A stretch of 64,000 nt of DNA from Nemertoderma westbladi (GCA_032718475.1 JAUCBJ010008313.1:193771-257770); one strand, 5' to 3'; shown: positions 1-12,539, numbered from the stretch's first letter. The notes: generated by a model not told the origin, from the letters alone. Program-made: numbers and translations.

Positions 1-760
1 CCAACTGAGTTAGGACACCTGGCTGCGTAAGGGACACCGACTGAGTAGGGGGATCCGTCTGAGTAGAGCAATCCAACTGAGTAAGGGTTTCCAACTGAGT
101 AGGGGGATCCAACTGCGTAGGGGGATCCAACTGCGTAGGGGGACCCAAGAACTGAGTAGGGGGATCCGTCTGAGTAGGGGGATCTGTCACCCCTGAGTAG
201 GGAGATCCAACTGAGTAGGGGGACCCAAGGACTGAGTAGGGGGATCCGTCTGGCTAGGGGGGCCCAACTGAGTTATAACACCCATCTGCGTAAGGGACAC
301 CAACTGAGTAGAGGGACCCAAGAACTGAGTAGGGGGATCCGTCTGAGTAGGGGGATCCGTCTGAGTAGTGGGATCCGTCTGTGTAGGGGGATCCATCTGA
401 GTAGTGGGATCCGTCTGAGGAGGGGGATCCAAATGAGTAGGGGAACCCAAGAGCTGAGTAGGGTGATCCGTCTGGCTAGGGAGACCCAACTGAGATACAA
501 CACCCGGCTGCGTAAGGAACACCAACTGAGTAGGGGGACCCAAGAACCGAGTAGGGGGATCCGTGTGAGTAGGGGGATCAAACTGAGTAGGGGGATCCAA
601 GAGCTGAGTAGGGGGATCCGTATGGCTAGGGGGACCAAACAGAATTCCAACACCTGGTTGCGTAAGGGACACCAACTGAGTAGGGGGACCCAAGAACCGA
701 GGAGAGGGTACTGTCTGACTAGGGGGATCCGGTTGAGTAGGGGGATCCGACTGAGTAGGG
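1..760 (-). repeat. 18-bp minisatellite (ctgagtagggggatccgt-like) with a higher-order unit, encoding TQxDPP repeats on the minus strand
   Basis: Dozens of CTGAGTAGGGGGATCC variants; a longer unit containing gcgtaagggacacc recurs at ~26, 288, 510 and 660; ORF 187..780(-) reads (TQTDPP)n. Confidence 0.9.
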
Positions 761-1036
761 GTTTCATCGAGGAGTTTCATCGAGGTCCTTCAATGTATCA
801 TCTAGTTCAGGTTCGGTCGTCATCTGATCCACTGGTTGAGACAGAAAGATTGGAGGAACAACATCCCGACTGGGTAGCGGCTGCAAATACGATCCTGTCA
901 GCACTGCCGACCACGCTCCGTTATCGCACTAGCAATTCTTCCCCGGAGCACAGCTGGTGCACGGTTCGCCGGCCTTTACGCAGCCACACTTCCTGGTCTT
1001 ACAGCGACCCGAAATGCAGCCGCAACAGGCCGACAT
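1..1036 (-). pseudogene. 5' end of a probable CRE-type non-LTR retrotransposon ORF: Cys-rich CXC-like N-terminus followed by a Pro/Thr/Gln-rich linker; continues off the left edge
   Basis: The minus strand from ATG 1036 reads MSACC/(1-bp shift)RCISGRCKTRKCGCVKAGEPCTSCAPGKNC* (to 929). This resembles the CCRC..C..C.CVK.G..C..C.P N-terminus I recall from marine-invertebrate CRE-like elements. No RT is present inside the window. Confidence 0.5.
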
Positions 1037-1149
1037 TCTCAAAAAACGCCACTCGAAATACGATGGAACCGCTTATTCACTCATGTATTACAGTCTTTAC
1101 AGCAATACTGATGTACTACAGTAACAGGTCCTCATTAGCCCTTCTGATA

Positions 1150-1557
1150 TTAAGAAGTTAGAAAGTTAGTTAGAAGTTAGTAAGAGTTAGTAAGAAGTAA
1201 GAAGTTAGAAAGTTAGTTAGAAGTTAGTAAGAGTAAGAGGAGAGTTAGAAGTTAGAGAATAGGGAGTGTGGTATATTGGCATACCACGAGAGTACTAGCA
1301 GGGTACATAGTACCGTAAGAGTTAGAAGTTAGAGAATAGGGAGTGTGGTATATTGACATACCACGAGAGTAGTAGTAGGGTACATAGTACCATGAGAGTC
1401 AGAAGTTGTGGGCACTGAGAGCGCCACGTAGTAAGAGAGTAGAGAGTATGGTATGTAGGTATACCATAGAAGTATTAGGGTACATTGTACCGTAGGAGTT
1501 AGAAGTTGTGGGCATCAAGAGCGCCACATAGTAAGAGAGTTGAGTATGGTATATATA
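1150..1557. repeat. AGTTAGAA/AGTAAG microsatellite-like tract followed by ~75-100 bp degenerate tandem units
   Basis: agttagaagttagtaag repeats at 1155-1255; units containing gagtrtggtat...ataccayrag...gggtacatagtacc at ~1260, 1335, 1445 and 1540; the series resumes at ~2030-2120. Confidence 0.8.
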
Positions 1558-2000
1558 TTTTTTTTTTTAAGTTACTAGTTTATTATATAATTTGCACAAT
1601 ATCAGCATAACTCTTTTACAGGCACTTTATTAATAGAACAAAATAAATAATTCCTACACTGATACCGATAATAAAAAAAAAAATAATAAATAAAGAAAGA
1701 AGGGCCTGTTTAGAGGCCTATGACTACCACTGACAGTCAGTCTAGCCGGTGTTGGTATCAGCGTTAGTCAGGCGAATCGAGTCTGCGGACACCTGATGAT
1801 AAACGGGGCGTTTGGTGGCGGATCTCGCTCCATGGAGACACATCAAACTGGAGCGGAGAAGTGCGAAGCTTATCTTCCTCCGCGTCCAGCAGATACACTC
1901 AGAGTAGCTGAGGTCGTGACGATCCGAAAGTTTAAGCGATAAACGCTTAACGAACTGTTGCATCGCTGGCGCGGTACCACCAAAGGCTGAAAGTATCAGA
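1558..2000 (-). mobile_element. 5'-truncated 3' end of a CRE-type (RLE) non-LTR retrotransposon with poly(A) tail
   Basis: PLILSAFGG..MQQFVKRLSLKLS..SYS..WTRRKISFALLRSSLMCLHGARS matches the CRE RLE C-terminal motif (PLV.S..GG...RL...ISFALLRS..C.RG.R). Stop at 1742, 3' UTR, poly-T 1558-1568 on +. Inserted in a ggtata(ta) site of the local tandem repeat. Confidence 0.8.
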
Positions 2001-2463
2001 GGTATATAGGTATATAGGTATATAGGATATATAGGTATACCATAGGAGTAGTAGTAGGATACGTAACGTAGTACCATAAGAGTTAGAAGTTATGGGCACT
2101 GAGGGCGCCATGTAAGTAAGTAGGAAAGTAGAAACGATAATAGCACAGACAGGGGGGGAACACAAAAAAAAATAAAATAAAGTTAGGGGACTAATTGACT
2201 ATGATGATGATGAGACACTAGACAGATCCCATTTCTCAAGTGCCTCATCAAACACTGACGAGAATGTGGGAGTCTGACAGGAGGGGACGGACAGCCAAAC
2301 AAACATCGGCTGAGTATAGGACAATGGAGGGAAGCATGGAGTGGAGGGGTTGACATGCGTAGGAGTGAGAGGAGTGCAATTCAAGTGTGGGGAGCGAGCA
2401 GTAAGAGAAAGAGTAAGGGACAACGAGGTCTGTTACGGTATATGGCGCTGTACCTACATTAGT

Positions 2464-2576
2464 CCGTTATACAGTATAATATATTAGCCGTTATACAGTA
2501 TAATATATTAGCCGTTATACAGTATAATATATTAGCCGTTATACAGTATAATATATTAGCTGTTGTACAGTATAAT
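2464..2576 (+). repeat. 24-bp tandem repeat (ccgttatacagtataatatattag, ~4.7 copies) in LTR U3
   Basis: Four exact units plus one variant; each holds the palindrome TTATAC-A-GTATAA; the same array is present in LTR2 and LTR3. Confidence 0.95.
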
Positions 2577-2931
2577 TATTTAGATAAGACATAATAACGC
2601 GCAATGACATTTAGATAAGGAAAATAAAACGCCCATATATTTGAATTCATCCATTTTGTATAGTATGTAGCCCTACCTACGTAATTTTGTAATAGGATAT
2701 AAGTAAATAGTTCCAGGGTAGCAAGTTTCCTGTTGGACGCTGGATATAAGCTTGCTGTTATTAGCCTCAATATCGCTAGCTATGTATTGGTCTTAATTTT
2801 CTTTATAATTGCGCTAAATTAATCTTTGTGCATCATATTATTAGTACCGCTAAATTAAGCATCGCCAAAATTACCATATATGGTAATAATTTGTGATTTC
2901 GGGAGCGAGAGGTTCACAATCCAGCTTCCTT

Positions 2932-3028
2932 ATTGGCCTAACTGCTTCCAGGTTGGACTAATGGTAGCGCGGATTGGGGAGCCAATGAGAGAGCGATTGC
3001 ATCATCCTCCATGAATCACCTATAAATA
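2932..3028 (+). promoter_or_regulatory. LTR promoter: CCAAT boxes and TATA box
   Basis: ATTGG at 2932-2936 and 2973-2977, CCAAT at 2982-2986, TATAAATA at 3021-3028; conserved in all three LTRs. AATAAA at 3786 and 3920 are candidate poly(A) signals. Confidence 0.6.
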
Positions 3029-5643
3029 GGTGGTATTTCCGGTATGTGCTTTGTAATTCTTTGTAATTTGTAACCCTAGTCGTAATTTAGACTAATTATT
3101 CTGTATTTTGCGTATTTCTGCCTTTTCCAATTATTTCTTGTAATAATTTTGCTAATTTGTAATCTCTGCTGATTTCTTGGTGTGTTTCTCAATCAATCCC
3201 AATGATTACTGTTAATTACAACTGGAACTATGATTTCTACCCTTTAGTTAATGGTTCTATGTGATTCCTTTCGATGCAATAATCCCACGGGATTTTCTTA
3301 GACTGTCAGACTTTGTGATTTGCATGCGCCGTTACGGTAGCTACCCATTAGATGGAGGGCTGAGGTACCGGTAGGCGCGGCGGGCGCATCGGGGGTTAGC
3401 GACGAAGGGAGTGCGGAGAATTCAAAGGCAAGCAACGCTGGCGGGGAGGTCACCGTTGCGGTCGGTCAGTTAGTATTGTAGAGTGAAGACCGCTCGCTGG
3501 TACAGTAATTAAGGGCTGATGATCCAGATTTTGTCTCTATTTTGTAGTATTAGGGGGGCAGGAATTGGGTTAGTTAGGAAGCCTAGATGTACCCGGGAGA
3601 GGCCTGCGTGCTTTATATTGCGAGCTAAACTGTAGACTACGTCACAAACTACGTGCGAACTGTAGATTGCGAGTTGTGAACTGTGAATTGCTGACTGCTG
3701 ATTGTGAATTGTGCATTAAGAACTATAATTGGTAAGTATAAACTATTGATTGTTACGCTGATTGGTGTGTTACTAAAGTGTGCCTAATAAATCACGAATG
3801 CTTAGATAGGTGCTCTTTTCCCTTTGATTGATTTCTATTTCTTAATTTACTATAAATAATTACTGATTAGGTCGAAAATAATACGGTATTGAGACTGTTA
3901 CTAGTGCAACCCGTTACGTAATAAATTAGAATTACGCATTCTGGAACACTTAGTAATTAGTACGCTGTTGCATATTTGTGACTGTAATTAATTAGTAAAA
4001 TTAAGAATTTGTACGCAGCATAGCGGAGAGTAGTTAAGGTAATAATTTGGAGTACCGTAAACTATTCACTCTGGGTGGTTATTTGAAATCAGCGGGCAAT
4101 AAGTTAGATCGCAGTATCCAGTACGCAGCACGCATTAGTAAATTGCTGGCCTAAAGCCAGCCGGAGGCAAGTTTAGTCCCATAGTAGGTATCATTCCCTG
4201 ATATAAAAACAGTACCAATTTTTTGATTATTTAAATATTCTCACATTCAATTCCATTAGGGAACCCCAGTATTTGCGATTAGAAAAGAAGTAATTATTAG
4301 CACGTTTTAACAGTAAAATTAGGCCATAAGAATACACTCTGAGTGTAAAGCCTCTCACACTCGTATTAAGTAAGCTTAGGGAGCCGATTCGGGTTTATTG
4401 TTTTGGTTATTCCCGCGTGGCTCATATCTTCGAACAGTTAGCTCTCTATCGAGCAATCGGTAGAGAAAGGAACAAGCGATTCGCAGGAGCCGTAGAAAAT
4501 TAGTAAAATATATTAGCGGACGGCAGGTTAGCGCCATCCAACGGTAAGTAGTGGTTTTGTATTTAGCAGCCCTACAGTTGTAATAGCACACTCCTGATTA
4601 CCCCTGTTTAACAGTAGAGCAGTCTTTATGTCTTTATTGGTTAGGCAGGGACCCGCTAGTTTAACAGTAAAGCACGTTATTTTGTTTTGCTGTACTGCGT
4701 ACAGTAAGACAAAGTGTATTTTTAGGCTGTTAGGTTAGATTACTGTATTCACTAGTCGCAATACAGTAGTACAGTAGTGCAATAGGCTGATTGCTGTTAC
4801 TGCATACGGTAGAAAAGACATTTGTTTTGCTGTACCACATACAGTATTCATTAGGCTGTTAGGTTGGTGTGCTATTTTACTCACTGTACTGCGTACAGTG
4901 GATGTACGGTAGTGCGTTTACTAACTTACGGTACTGCTTTTATTATTTTGTAATAAAATCTAGAGTTTTGTACCGGTATGTTAGATAACCGCTTAGTTGT
5001 TTTATACCATCTGGAGATACATGGCAAGACGGAGCTTCTGAGTTTGGGGTTTGTGTGGGTCTGCGGGTTCGGTTTGCAATCAGCGAAGAGCCTGAAACTT
5101 TGGACACGGACGTGGAATCTCACAGCAAACAAGGTTAGTTGTTCTGTTGGCACCATTGTGTTTGTGGAAGCAGTAAAAAATTACCGGTTGTTTAACTGCG
5201 AAGCTGAACTCAATTTATTAGTTAGGTTAGTTAGGTTTAGCTGACCATGGTTTTTTGAATCGCTCAAGTTAGAGAGAGAGAGAGAGAGTCGCAACCCGAA
5301 GGTGTAGCCACGCGCAAGTGGATACATATAATATTTGAAATTAAAATTGCGTTGATTAGAGCTATTATGTAAAATTAGAAATATTTGGGTGGCAAGTTCA
5401 TTTTTGAATATTTTGAATTAGATTCAGAAATTATTTTGTGTCATACCGGTATTTAAATGCTATATAATAGCTATGGAATAAGATTTTTTCATTATATTCA
5501 CAATGTTGTATTGCGAATTTATTTGACATTTTGTGACCAACTAATTATTTGACAAATAATTTAATCGTATTTTCGATTAAATTATATATATATCTCGAAT
5601 TTTTTGCGAGATTTTGGCCGGAAGGCAAAATATTATTTAGACT

Positions 5644-8600
5644 ATGAGTATCTCAGAGAAAGAGGCACTAGAGGACAGCTATGAGACGGCGGCTGGACCG
5701 CCGACTGACGATAGTGTTAATATTACTGTTGACGACAATGCTGACTATGACGACGCAGCGAGCGACGCTGACATAAGTGAACAGGAGGATGAGACAGTAA
5801 CCAGTGAGGAAGAGCAAGGTGAGCGAATAGTATTAGGATCCCCTACCACTACTGTAAGGAAGGATTGTACAACAGCCCGACCAGAGGTGAGTGATAGGGA
5901 GAGTAGTTTAGCAGAAGCGAGAGCCCAGAGCCCGGTTTCCAGACCTGTGGGTATGGTAAGTGCCGTGGTCCCAACGGCTATAAGGAGTACCCGTAGTTCC
6001 CGAAATAATCCTTCAAGTCCACCAAGTGTGAGTCAGGTAAGCGAGAGAGAACTAGACATCGCGATAAAGAAGAAACTTCGCGCGCATGCCGGACATATAA
6101 CCCGGACGACGGACAAGGTAAGGAAGATGCTAGCCGACTCAGCGAACATCGGAAGGGAAGGGTTAGTAGAGATTAGAAGGGGATACAACTCAGCATTATT
6201 CAAGAAGACGGAGGAGCTTGCAGTCCTAGCGAAGAGAGCAGTGGAGTCTCAGTCGAGCGACATGGCGACGAGGGTTTACGATAGGGTTTTAGCAGCCTTG
6301 TTGGAGCACCGCACGTTATCGGAGCGATTCCGACGAGTTAGGACGGAGAACTGGCTGCTATGGGAATCACAAGCGCAGGTGACTCAGGTGAGTGACGCAG
6401 AGTTGAGAAACTTAGTGGAGCGGGAAGAGACGCAGGATAAGGAAGAGCGCAGGTATCAGAGGGAAGTTACCAGCTGGCTGATGCAGAGTGGAGTGGTGGT
6501 ACCGGGTCAGGTGCTGCCGACGATGGACAATATCCAACAGAGGACATTAACTCCACCCGACAATGCATCTAGAGACAGTGGCGATTCCCAGGTTAGTCAC
6601 GCACGAGGGAAGGTTATGTGCTAGATCCCTTGTTTCTCACAACTCGGCGGAGGAGAGAAGACGCCGACTGGACGAACAACAGGCGGAAGTTTTGCGTGCA
6701 TCGGAAGCACGGAAGGAAGCCGAACGGGAACGAGAGCGCACACGGAAGTTAGATGCACAGTTGCGAGAGTTGGAAGACAAAGGTAAGTGTGAGCAAGCCG
6801 AACGCGAACAGGAAGAACGCGAACTCCAACTCGAACGCGAACGCGAAGAACGCGAACTCCAACTCGAACGTGAACGCGAAGAACGCGAACTCCAACTCGA
6901 ATGCGAACGCGAAGCCAAGGAACGCGAACAAAGAAGACGCGAACTCCAACTCAACGCGAGCGTAGGAGCGCAAACTAGAGCGCGAGAGGGAGCGACGCGC
7001 ATTGTATGAAGAGAAGGCGCGTGTGGAAGAGGAGAGCGCAGCGAGACGAGCGAGGGAAGAAGAAGAACATAAATTGGCGCAGTTGGAAAGTGCGAGATTA
7101 AATTTAGAGAGCGAAAAATGGACCAGGAAGGCGAATGAAATCGCCGAGAAGGGGATGCGAATGATCGAAGAATGTGGGGCGAGTGTAGGTACCGAGTTGC
7201 GAGAACTGTTCGCACTGCAGAAGGCTGAACAGGAAGCGAAAACTCCGACTATATGCGAGTCGATGACGACCAGAATTCCTATACCCAGTCCAGCTATTAC
7301 GAGTACTCGGATCACTAAACCGTTCTCTACATATCGCACGCCAATTGGTATTAGTGCTTCACCCATCGCGCAGGATCCACGTCATCAGGACACCGCACCA
7401 CTACACACCGAACGAGACAATGAAGTGTTTAGAGGAGAAACTCAGACGGGCCGAGTATTGGGCGAACCGAACCCGCGGGTTTGGAATACATGGACGGAGC
7501 GCTGACCAGTTCGACGGAGAACTTCCGGGTTAAACCGGAAGAGTGATCATATGAGAGACAGCGGATTACTCAGATAGAGCCGACTATACAACAGAACCCT
7601 AGCCAGGAATTTATTACGAGGGATGAGTTAAGTGCCAGTTTAGCGCAAGCTATATCGCCGCACATCCAACCTATAACGGACATGCTTAGTAACCTACAGT
7701 TAAAGGAAGCAGCCCAGGTAAGAAGTAATTCAAATCCTAGCAGGCCTGGGTTAGATAAAGTCCAACCTAGTCAACGAGTACGCATATCGGAGGCAACTAT
7801 ACCACATAGACCTCAGGTAAGAACACCTGTCCCTACAATTTATAATCCCAACTTCGAGAACTCGGCGGAAAAGTTTATACAAGAAGCCTGGGTCAGGGCT
7901 TCGGCGCGCAAACCAACGCGAGTGCTAAGGACTGACACAGACTCAAGCGATGAAGAGGAAGACATGAGACGTTAGAAGAAGACATGAGTACGACAGCACC
8001 TTTACTCCCAATGAGAAGTTCAACTATTTGCTTCAAATGAGCCATTGCTGACAACTTCGTCGACAATGAAAGAGCATTCGAGTTAGCAATGAAGACGCTT
8101 AGCGACATCTACGGGAATAAAACCAAGATGGCACAGTCGATAGTGGAAGACTTGGGTAAGGGCGGAAGGATTACAACTCCGCTAGAGCTGTTGAACTTAG
8201 CGAACGCTATTTCGAACGCATTAGACATCTTGAGGATGGTGAATCTACCTCATCATGGTGATCACGCCGAAGTTTTGAAGAGCATAATAAGACGTTTAAA
8301 CATGCGTTACCGACAGAAATGGTGCAAATTAGAGAATAAATTAGAGGGTCAAGGTAAAGTGTTGACACTTCAACATATCCATGACTTGATAGCCACAGAC
8401 GCAGTAGCAGAGATGAAATCAAACTTCTCAGAGGAGAATATGAGAGAGTCTAAACCTGTTACCGGTAAGACTATGGTAAGTTTTGACGATGACATGACCA
8501 CTGTGACATTTAACTCAGTAGACAGATATAATTCGAGTACCCCTGCCTTTAGATCAGACTCACGAGTATGGTCAGGTGAGCGGTTAGATAGACCTAAGTT

Positions 8601-9015
8601 AAAGCAACAGGAGTTGCCGGTTGGATTTGTAGGTTGCCAATTCTGCGTACTAAAGGAGGTAAGATCTGACGACCATAAGTTAGACAGTTGCAGACGGTTC
8701 AAAGAATTAACTTCGGAACAGAGAAGAGTTCAAGTGCGGACATTGGACACCTGTTGGGCATGTCTTGCGCCAGGTCATGTACGGCGGCAGTGCCCGAACA
8801 GTAAGGACGGATGCATGGAATGCGGCAGACTACTTCACAAGTTGCTACATGTGGATTTCCATACCCCAACGGAACGTTACTTACAGAGAAATCCTCAAAG
8901 GAATGGGAGCAGAGATCCCATATCGATAAGGAGAAATACGTACACTGGCATCCAGGACGATGGTTATCAACCAGGTTCGTCGGCGAGGATGGTGAGTCGA
9001 GCGCGAGAGAGGTGA
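5644..9015 (+). pseudogene. gag: Bel/Pao gag (copy 1), frameshifted: acidic N-terminus, coiled-coil E/R repeats, DUF1759-like capsid region, three Cys/His knuckles
   Basis: ORF pieces 5644-6624, 6563-7009, 7002-7505, 7682-7975 and 8089-9015; CQFC..H...C, CWAC...H...C and CMEC...HKLLH knuckles are typical of Bel/Pao. Confidence 0.9.
6814..6955 (+). repeat. 33-bp coding repeat (ERELQLERERE)n in the gag coiled coil
   Basis: gaacgcgaactccaactcgaacgcgaacgcgaa, about 4 copies. Confidence 0.85.
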
Positions 9016-9069
9016 CCTGCCAAGGTTTCACTGCGGATAGTTCATCGACCAGCGCGCGGACGTATTTAT

Positions 9070-9620
9070 CATCGGCCACGTCGGAGATATTTAACGTCAT
9101 TCCGGTGAAACTTACTGGCGATAAGGGATCGAAGAGAATATATGTGATGTTGGACACTGCGTCCACATTATCTTATATCGACGAGGAAGTGGCGAGAGCT
9201 GTTTCTAGTTTCCAGGACACAGAGGAGATCCAAATAGAGTTAAAGTCCATGCACGGGGTAGGGGACCTCAAGGGACACAGAATTTCGGTAGAACTAGACT
9301 CCCTACCTCCAAGAGACCAGCACATCGACAAGAACGGAGAGCGCTGCCATTGGACGGATTTAAGTGTCTAGCTATGAAGGGGTTCGGCAGGCAGTTAGGT
9401 AAGGTGCCACCGATGAGTCCCATAGCACAGGAGTAATTTGACAAGCTCAAAGTACCGAGACACCAGGTAGGTTATAGGAATGTTTCTATGTTGGTTGGTG
9501 CAGAACAGCTGATCGCACACCAAATATGGGAAATGAGACCAGCTGAGCCGCACGTAAATGGACCACATGCCCATAGGACTATATTAGGTTGGTATACACG
9601 AGTACCCATGTCTTATGAGT
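9070..9620 (+). pseudogene. Bel/Pao aspartic protease (copy 1), frameshifted
   Basis: IPVKL..IYVMLDTASTLSYI (catalytic D at 9153) ... MLVGAE ... GPHAHRTILGW. Confidence 0.85.
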
Positions 9621-10059
9621 TTACAGGTGGCGACAAGCCAAAGGATAGATACAACGGATTACAGCCTATAACTCAACCACCGTTAGTAGAACCACCAGAC
9701 ATAGACGAGTTTAGGAGAACCTGTATTGACCACTATAGTGACATTAGCGAGTCGGACTAGGAGTTGATTCCCGATAATGTTAGGTTGTCGGAAGCACTCT
9801 ACAATGACTGGACAGATAGTGAACCCGAGGACTACTGTTATCAGACCTGTGGGTCTGGTTCAGCGGCCCACGCTACCTACTTGAGTAACGTTTTGACTTA
9901 TACCAATATAGTGGAGGGTCAGGTGGCTAAATATCGAGACCTCGACATTTTCCAATACAGTGAGGAGGAGTTGCAGAAGGAATTGATACGCCAGGACCTC
10001 GAGACAGGAGCCAGAACCGTCGAATGGCTGGATAGGGACGCAATGGAACCCGGTGGGTA

Positions 10060-11240
10060 TGACCTAACCATGTCCACTGATGAGAAACGGTCGCTAGAGA
10101 TGATGGAAGACACCATACGTCTGCTACCGACAGGACATTTTGAAGTTGGAATGTTGTGGCGTCGACATCCACCTAAGTTGGAGTACAACTACAGCTTAGC
10201 CTTGAAAAGATTGAACGGAGTAAGGGCAGGGTTGTTAAAGAATCCAGATGTTAGGGAGAAGTATTGCGCCCAGATCAACAACTATTTCGCAAAGGGATTT
10301 GCTGGGAAGGTAGAGGACCCGGAATTAGTGATGGACCAGACTTATTACCTCCCACACCACTATGTGACTCCCACTATGTGACACCCTGACAAGCCAGACA
10401 AAGTCCGAGTAGTCAACGACTGCGCAGCAGTCTATAGAGGCATTACCCTGAATTCAGAGTTGATGGACGGTCCCAACCTGAATAATTATTTGATAGGAAT
10501 ACTGTTGCGTTTTAGACAGCGGCGATTCGCGTTTACTTGTGACATCGAGGCAATGTTCCACCAGGTAAGAGCCTGTAAGGCAGACCAGGATAGCCTCAGA
10601 TTTCTCTGGTACGAGAATGAAGACCTATCCGGCCCAGTGGTTACATACCAAATGTATGTTAGGATATTTGGTGCCAACGATAGTCCAAACGGCACGCTGT
10701 TTGTTCTAAAGAAAACGGCAACAGCCCAGATTGGTAAGTATCCAGTAGAAGTTATCGAGTCCATCTTGAGAAACTTCTATATGGACGACGGATTGGTGTC
10801 CAAGGACACAGCTGAACAAGCCATAGAAGTGGCTCACGGCCTACAGGAGTGCTTGGCTACAGGGGGATTTCCTCTGACCAAGTTCACTACTAACTCGGAG
10901 GCCCTATTAGAATCGTTCCCGGTGAAAGGTCGCGGGAGCGGAGACATAGAATTGGGGGTAGAACCCATCCCCATGGCGCGAGTACTGGGACTCGCTTGGA
11001 ACCCGAACATGGACAAGTTACAGGTAAGAGTTAGATTTGAGCCCAGTAGTCCAGACAAAATTTTGACTAAGAGAATCTGTTAGTCGACATTAAGTAGACT
11101 ATTTGACCCGATAAACTTTATCAGTCCGGTAATATTACAGGCACGAGCGTGCATGAGGAAAATTTGGTTGTCTGACTTAGAGTGGGACGAACCAATATCT
11201 TCTATACATGCAAAGCAGTGGAGAGAGTGGGAAGCCGAGT
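10060..11240 (+). pseudogene. pol: Bel/Pao reverse transcriptase (copy 1), with stops and frameshift
   Basis: GHFEVGMLW, YYLPHH, KVRVV.DCAA, GPNL, DIEAMFHQV, FGANDSP, FYMDD (10778-10789), VLGLAWN, FDPI. Confidence 0.92.
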
Positions 11241-11299
11241 TGCATCTATTGAAAAATATAGATGTACCCCGCTCCTACTTTCCGAATCAGCTGGTATTT

Positions 11300-11800
11300 C
11301 CAGCTGATCTAGAACTGCACCTGTTTAGTGACGCAAGTGACACCGGCTTTGGTATGGTAGCCTACCTTCGCCAAGAGGTAAGTCAGGACAAGTTTGAGAC
11401 GGCCTTTGTGACTTCTAGATCAAAGACAATGCCGGTCAAATACATGACTGTCCCTCGTGCAGAGTTACAGGAGGCAGTAGTTTCAGTCGAGGTAAGTAAG
11501 CAGATAATAGAGGAGTTAGACACGACATTGACCTTATTCTATTGGACGGACGCATCCTTAGTGTTAGTATACATTGCAGCCGACAATATTGCACTAAAGA
11601 CATTTGTGGCCAAAAGACGCGCTCAGATCGTCGACTTTTCGACGAAGGAACAATGGAGACATTGTCCGGGAGTGTTAAACCCGGACGACATAACTTCGAG
11701 AGGTGCTATGCCGGCGGAATTCTGTCAGGAAGAGTTTTGGTTGCATGGGCCTGATTTTCCAACGAGGACACAGGAACATTGGCCAGAGCGACTGAAGATA
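11300..11800 (+). pseudogene. pol: Bel/Pao RNase H (Peptidase_A17-type) domain
   Basis: ELHLFSDAS..GFG.VAYLR, TVPRAEL, YWTDAS.VL.YI, WRHCPG.LNP.D..SRG, WLHGP. Confidence 0.9.
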
Positions 11801-11875
11801 GTGACCAATCCGATGCCAGAGGATGCAGAAGTCAAAGTGGAGAAAGTCTCTAAGTCAAAGTCTAAAGCCAAACTC

Positions 11876-11960
11876 AAGTCATTGGAGCGGCCTGAAGAGT
11901 CATTGGAGCGGCCTGAAGAGTCATTGGAGCAGCCTGAAGAGTTATTAGAGCGGCCCGGAG
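11876..11960 (+). repeat. 21-bp in-frame repeat (SLERPEE x4) in the RNase H-integrase linker
   Basis: gtcattggagcggcctgaaga repeated about 4 times. Confidence 0.85.
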
Positions 11961-12539
11961 ACCTGTCAGACCTACAGACTTACGTGACGACTAGGTCTGG
12001 AAGGGTAAGTTGTGACATAAAACCACCATTACAGACTACACCAGGGTCACAATTGGTAAGTGACGGACAGAAAATGACCGACACAATGGAGCCTTTGGTT
12101 TCCAAACCTGCGGGTTTGGATTCGAAACTTCTATTAGTTAGCGGACAACCGTTGCTGGCATTAGAGCCATGTAGTATTTATGACAAATATCTAAATTTGT
12201 CCGCCTCTTGGCTGACAATTTGTAAAAGAACTGCGTGGTTAAGCCGATGCGTTTTGTACCTTTGTTTAAACCATTCGAAACAATTAGAAGAACAAATGAG
12301 CACTAATAGTGAGCAAATTCAGAAATTGAAACAACCTCTGACAGAGGATGAGATTGATCAAGCGGAATTAAAGCATTTGAAGCATTATCAAATGTGTGCC
12401 TTCCCAAAAGAATTCTATCTATTATCGGCTCAACAACCAGTTCTCTATAAACCCCTTAGAAAATGGAGTCCATTAATCCATAAGGCTTTAATTTGTCATA
12501 GATCGAGAATCCAGACTGTCGACATAAACTCACAGTTTA

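Larger units (their letters stand above)
2431..4666 (+). repeat. LTR 1 (5' LTR, 2236 bp)
   Basis: Starts TGTTACGG immediately after AGGTC; ends GTTTAACA; aligns over its length with 18731-20968 and 29872-32108. Confidence 0.95.

Noticed and set aside
433-1161. 242-aa plus-strand ORF and 164-aa RIPLL ORF
   Set aside because: Alternative-frame or antisense readings of the 18-bp minisatellite.
2576-2770. Short ORF repeated in all three LTRs (also 18876, 30017)
   Set aside because: Conserved only because the LTRs are near-identical; no motif.
6637-7366. Ser/Arg- and Phe/Ala-rich minus-strand ORFs
   Set aside because: Antisense shadows of the gag coiled-coil repeat.
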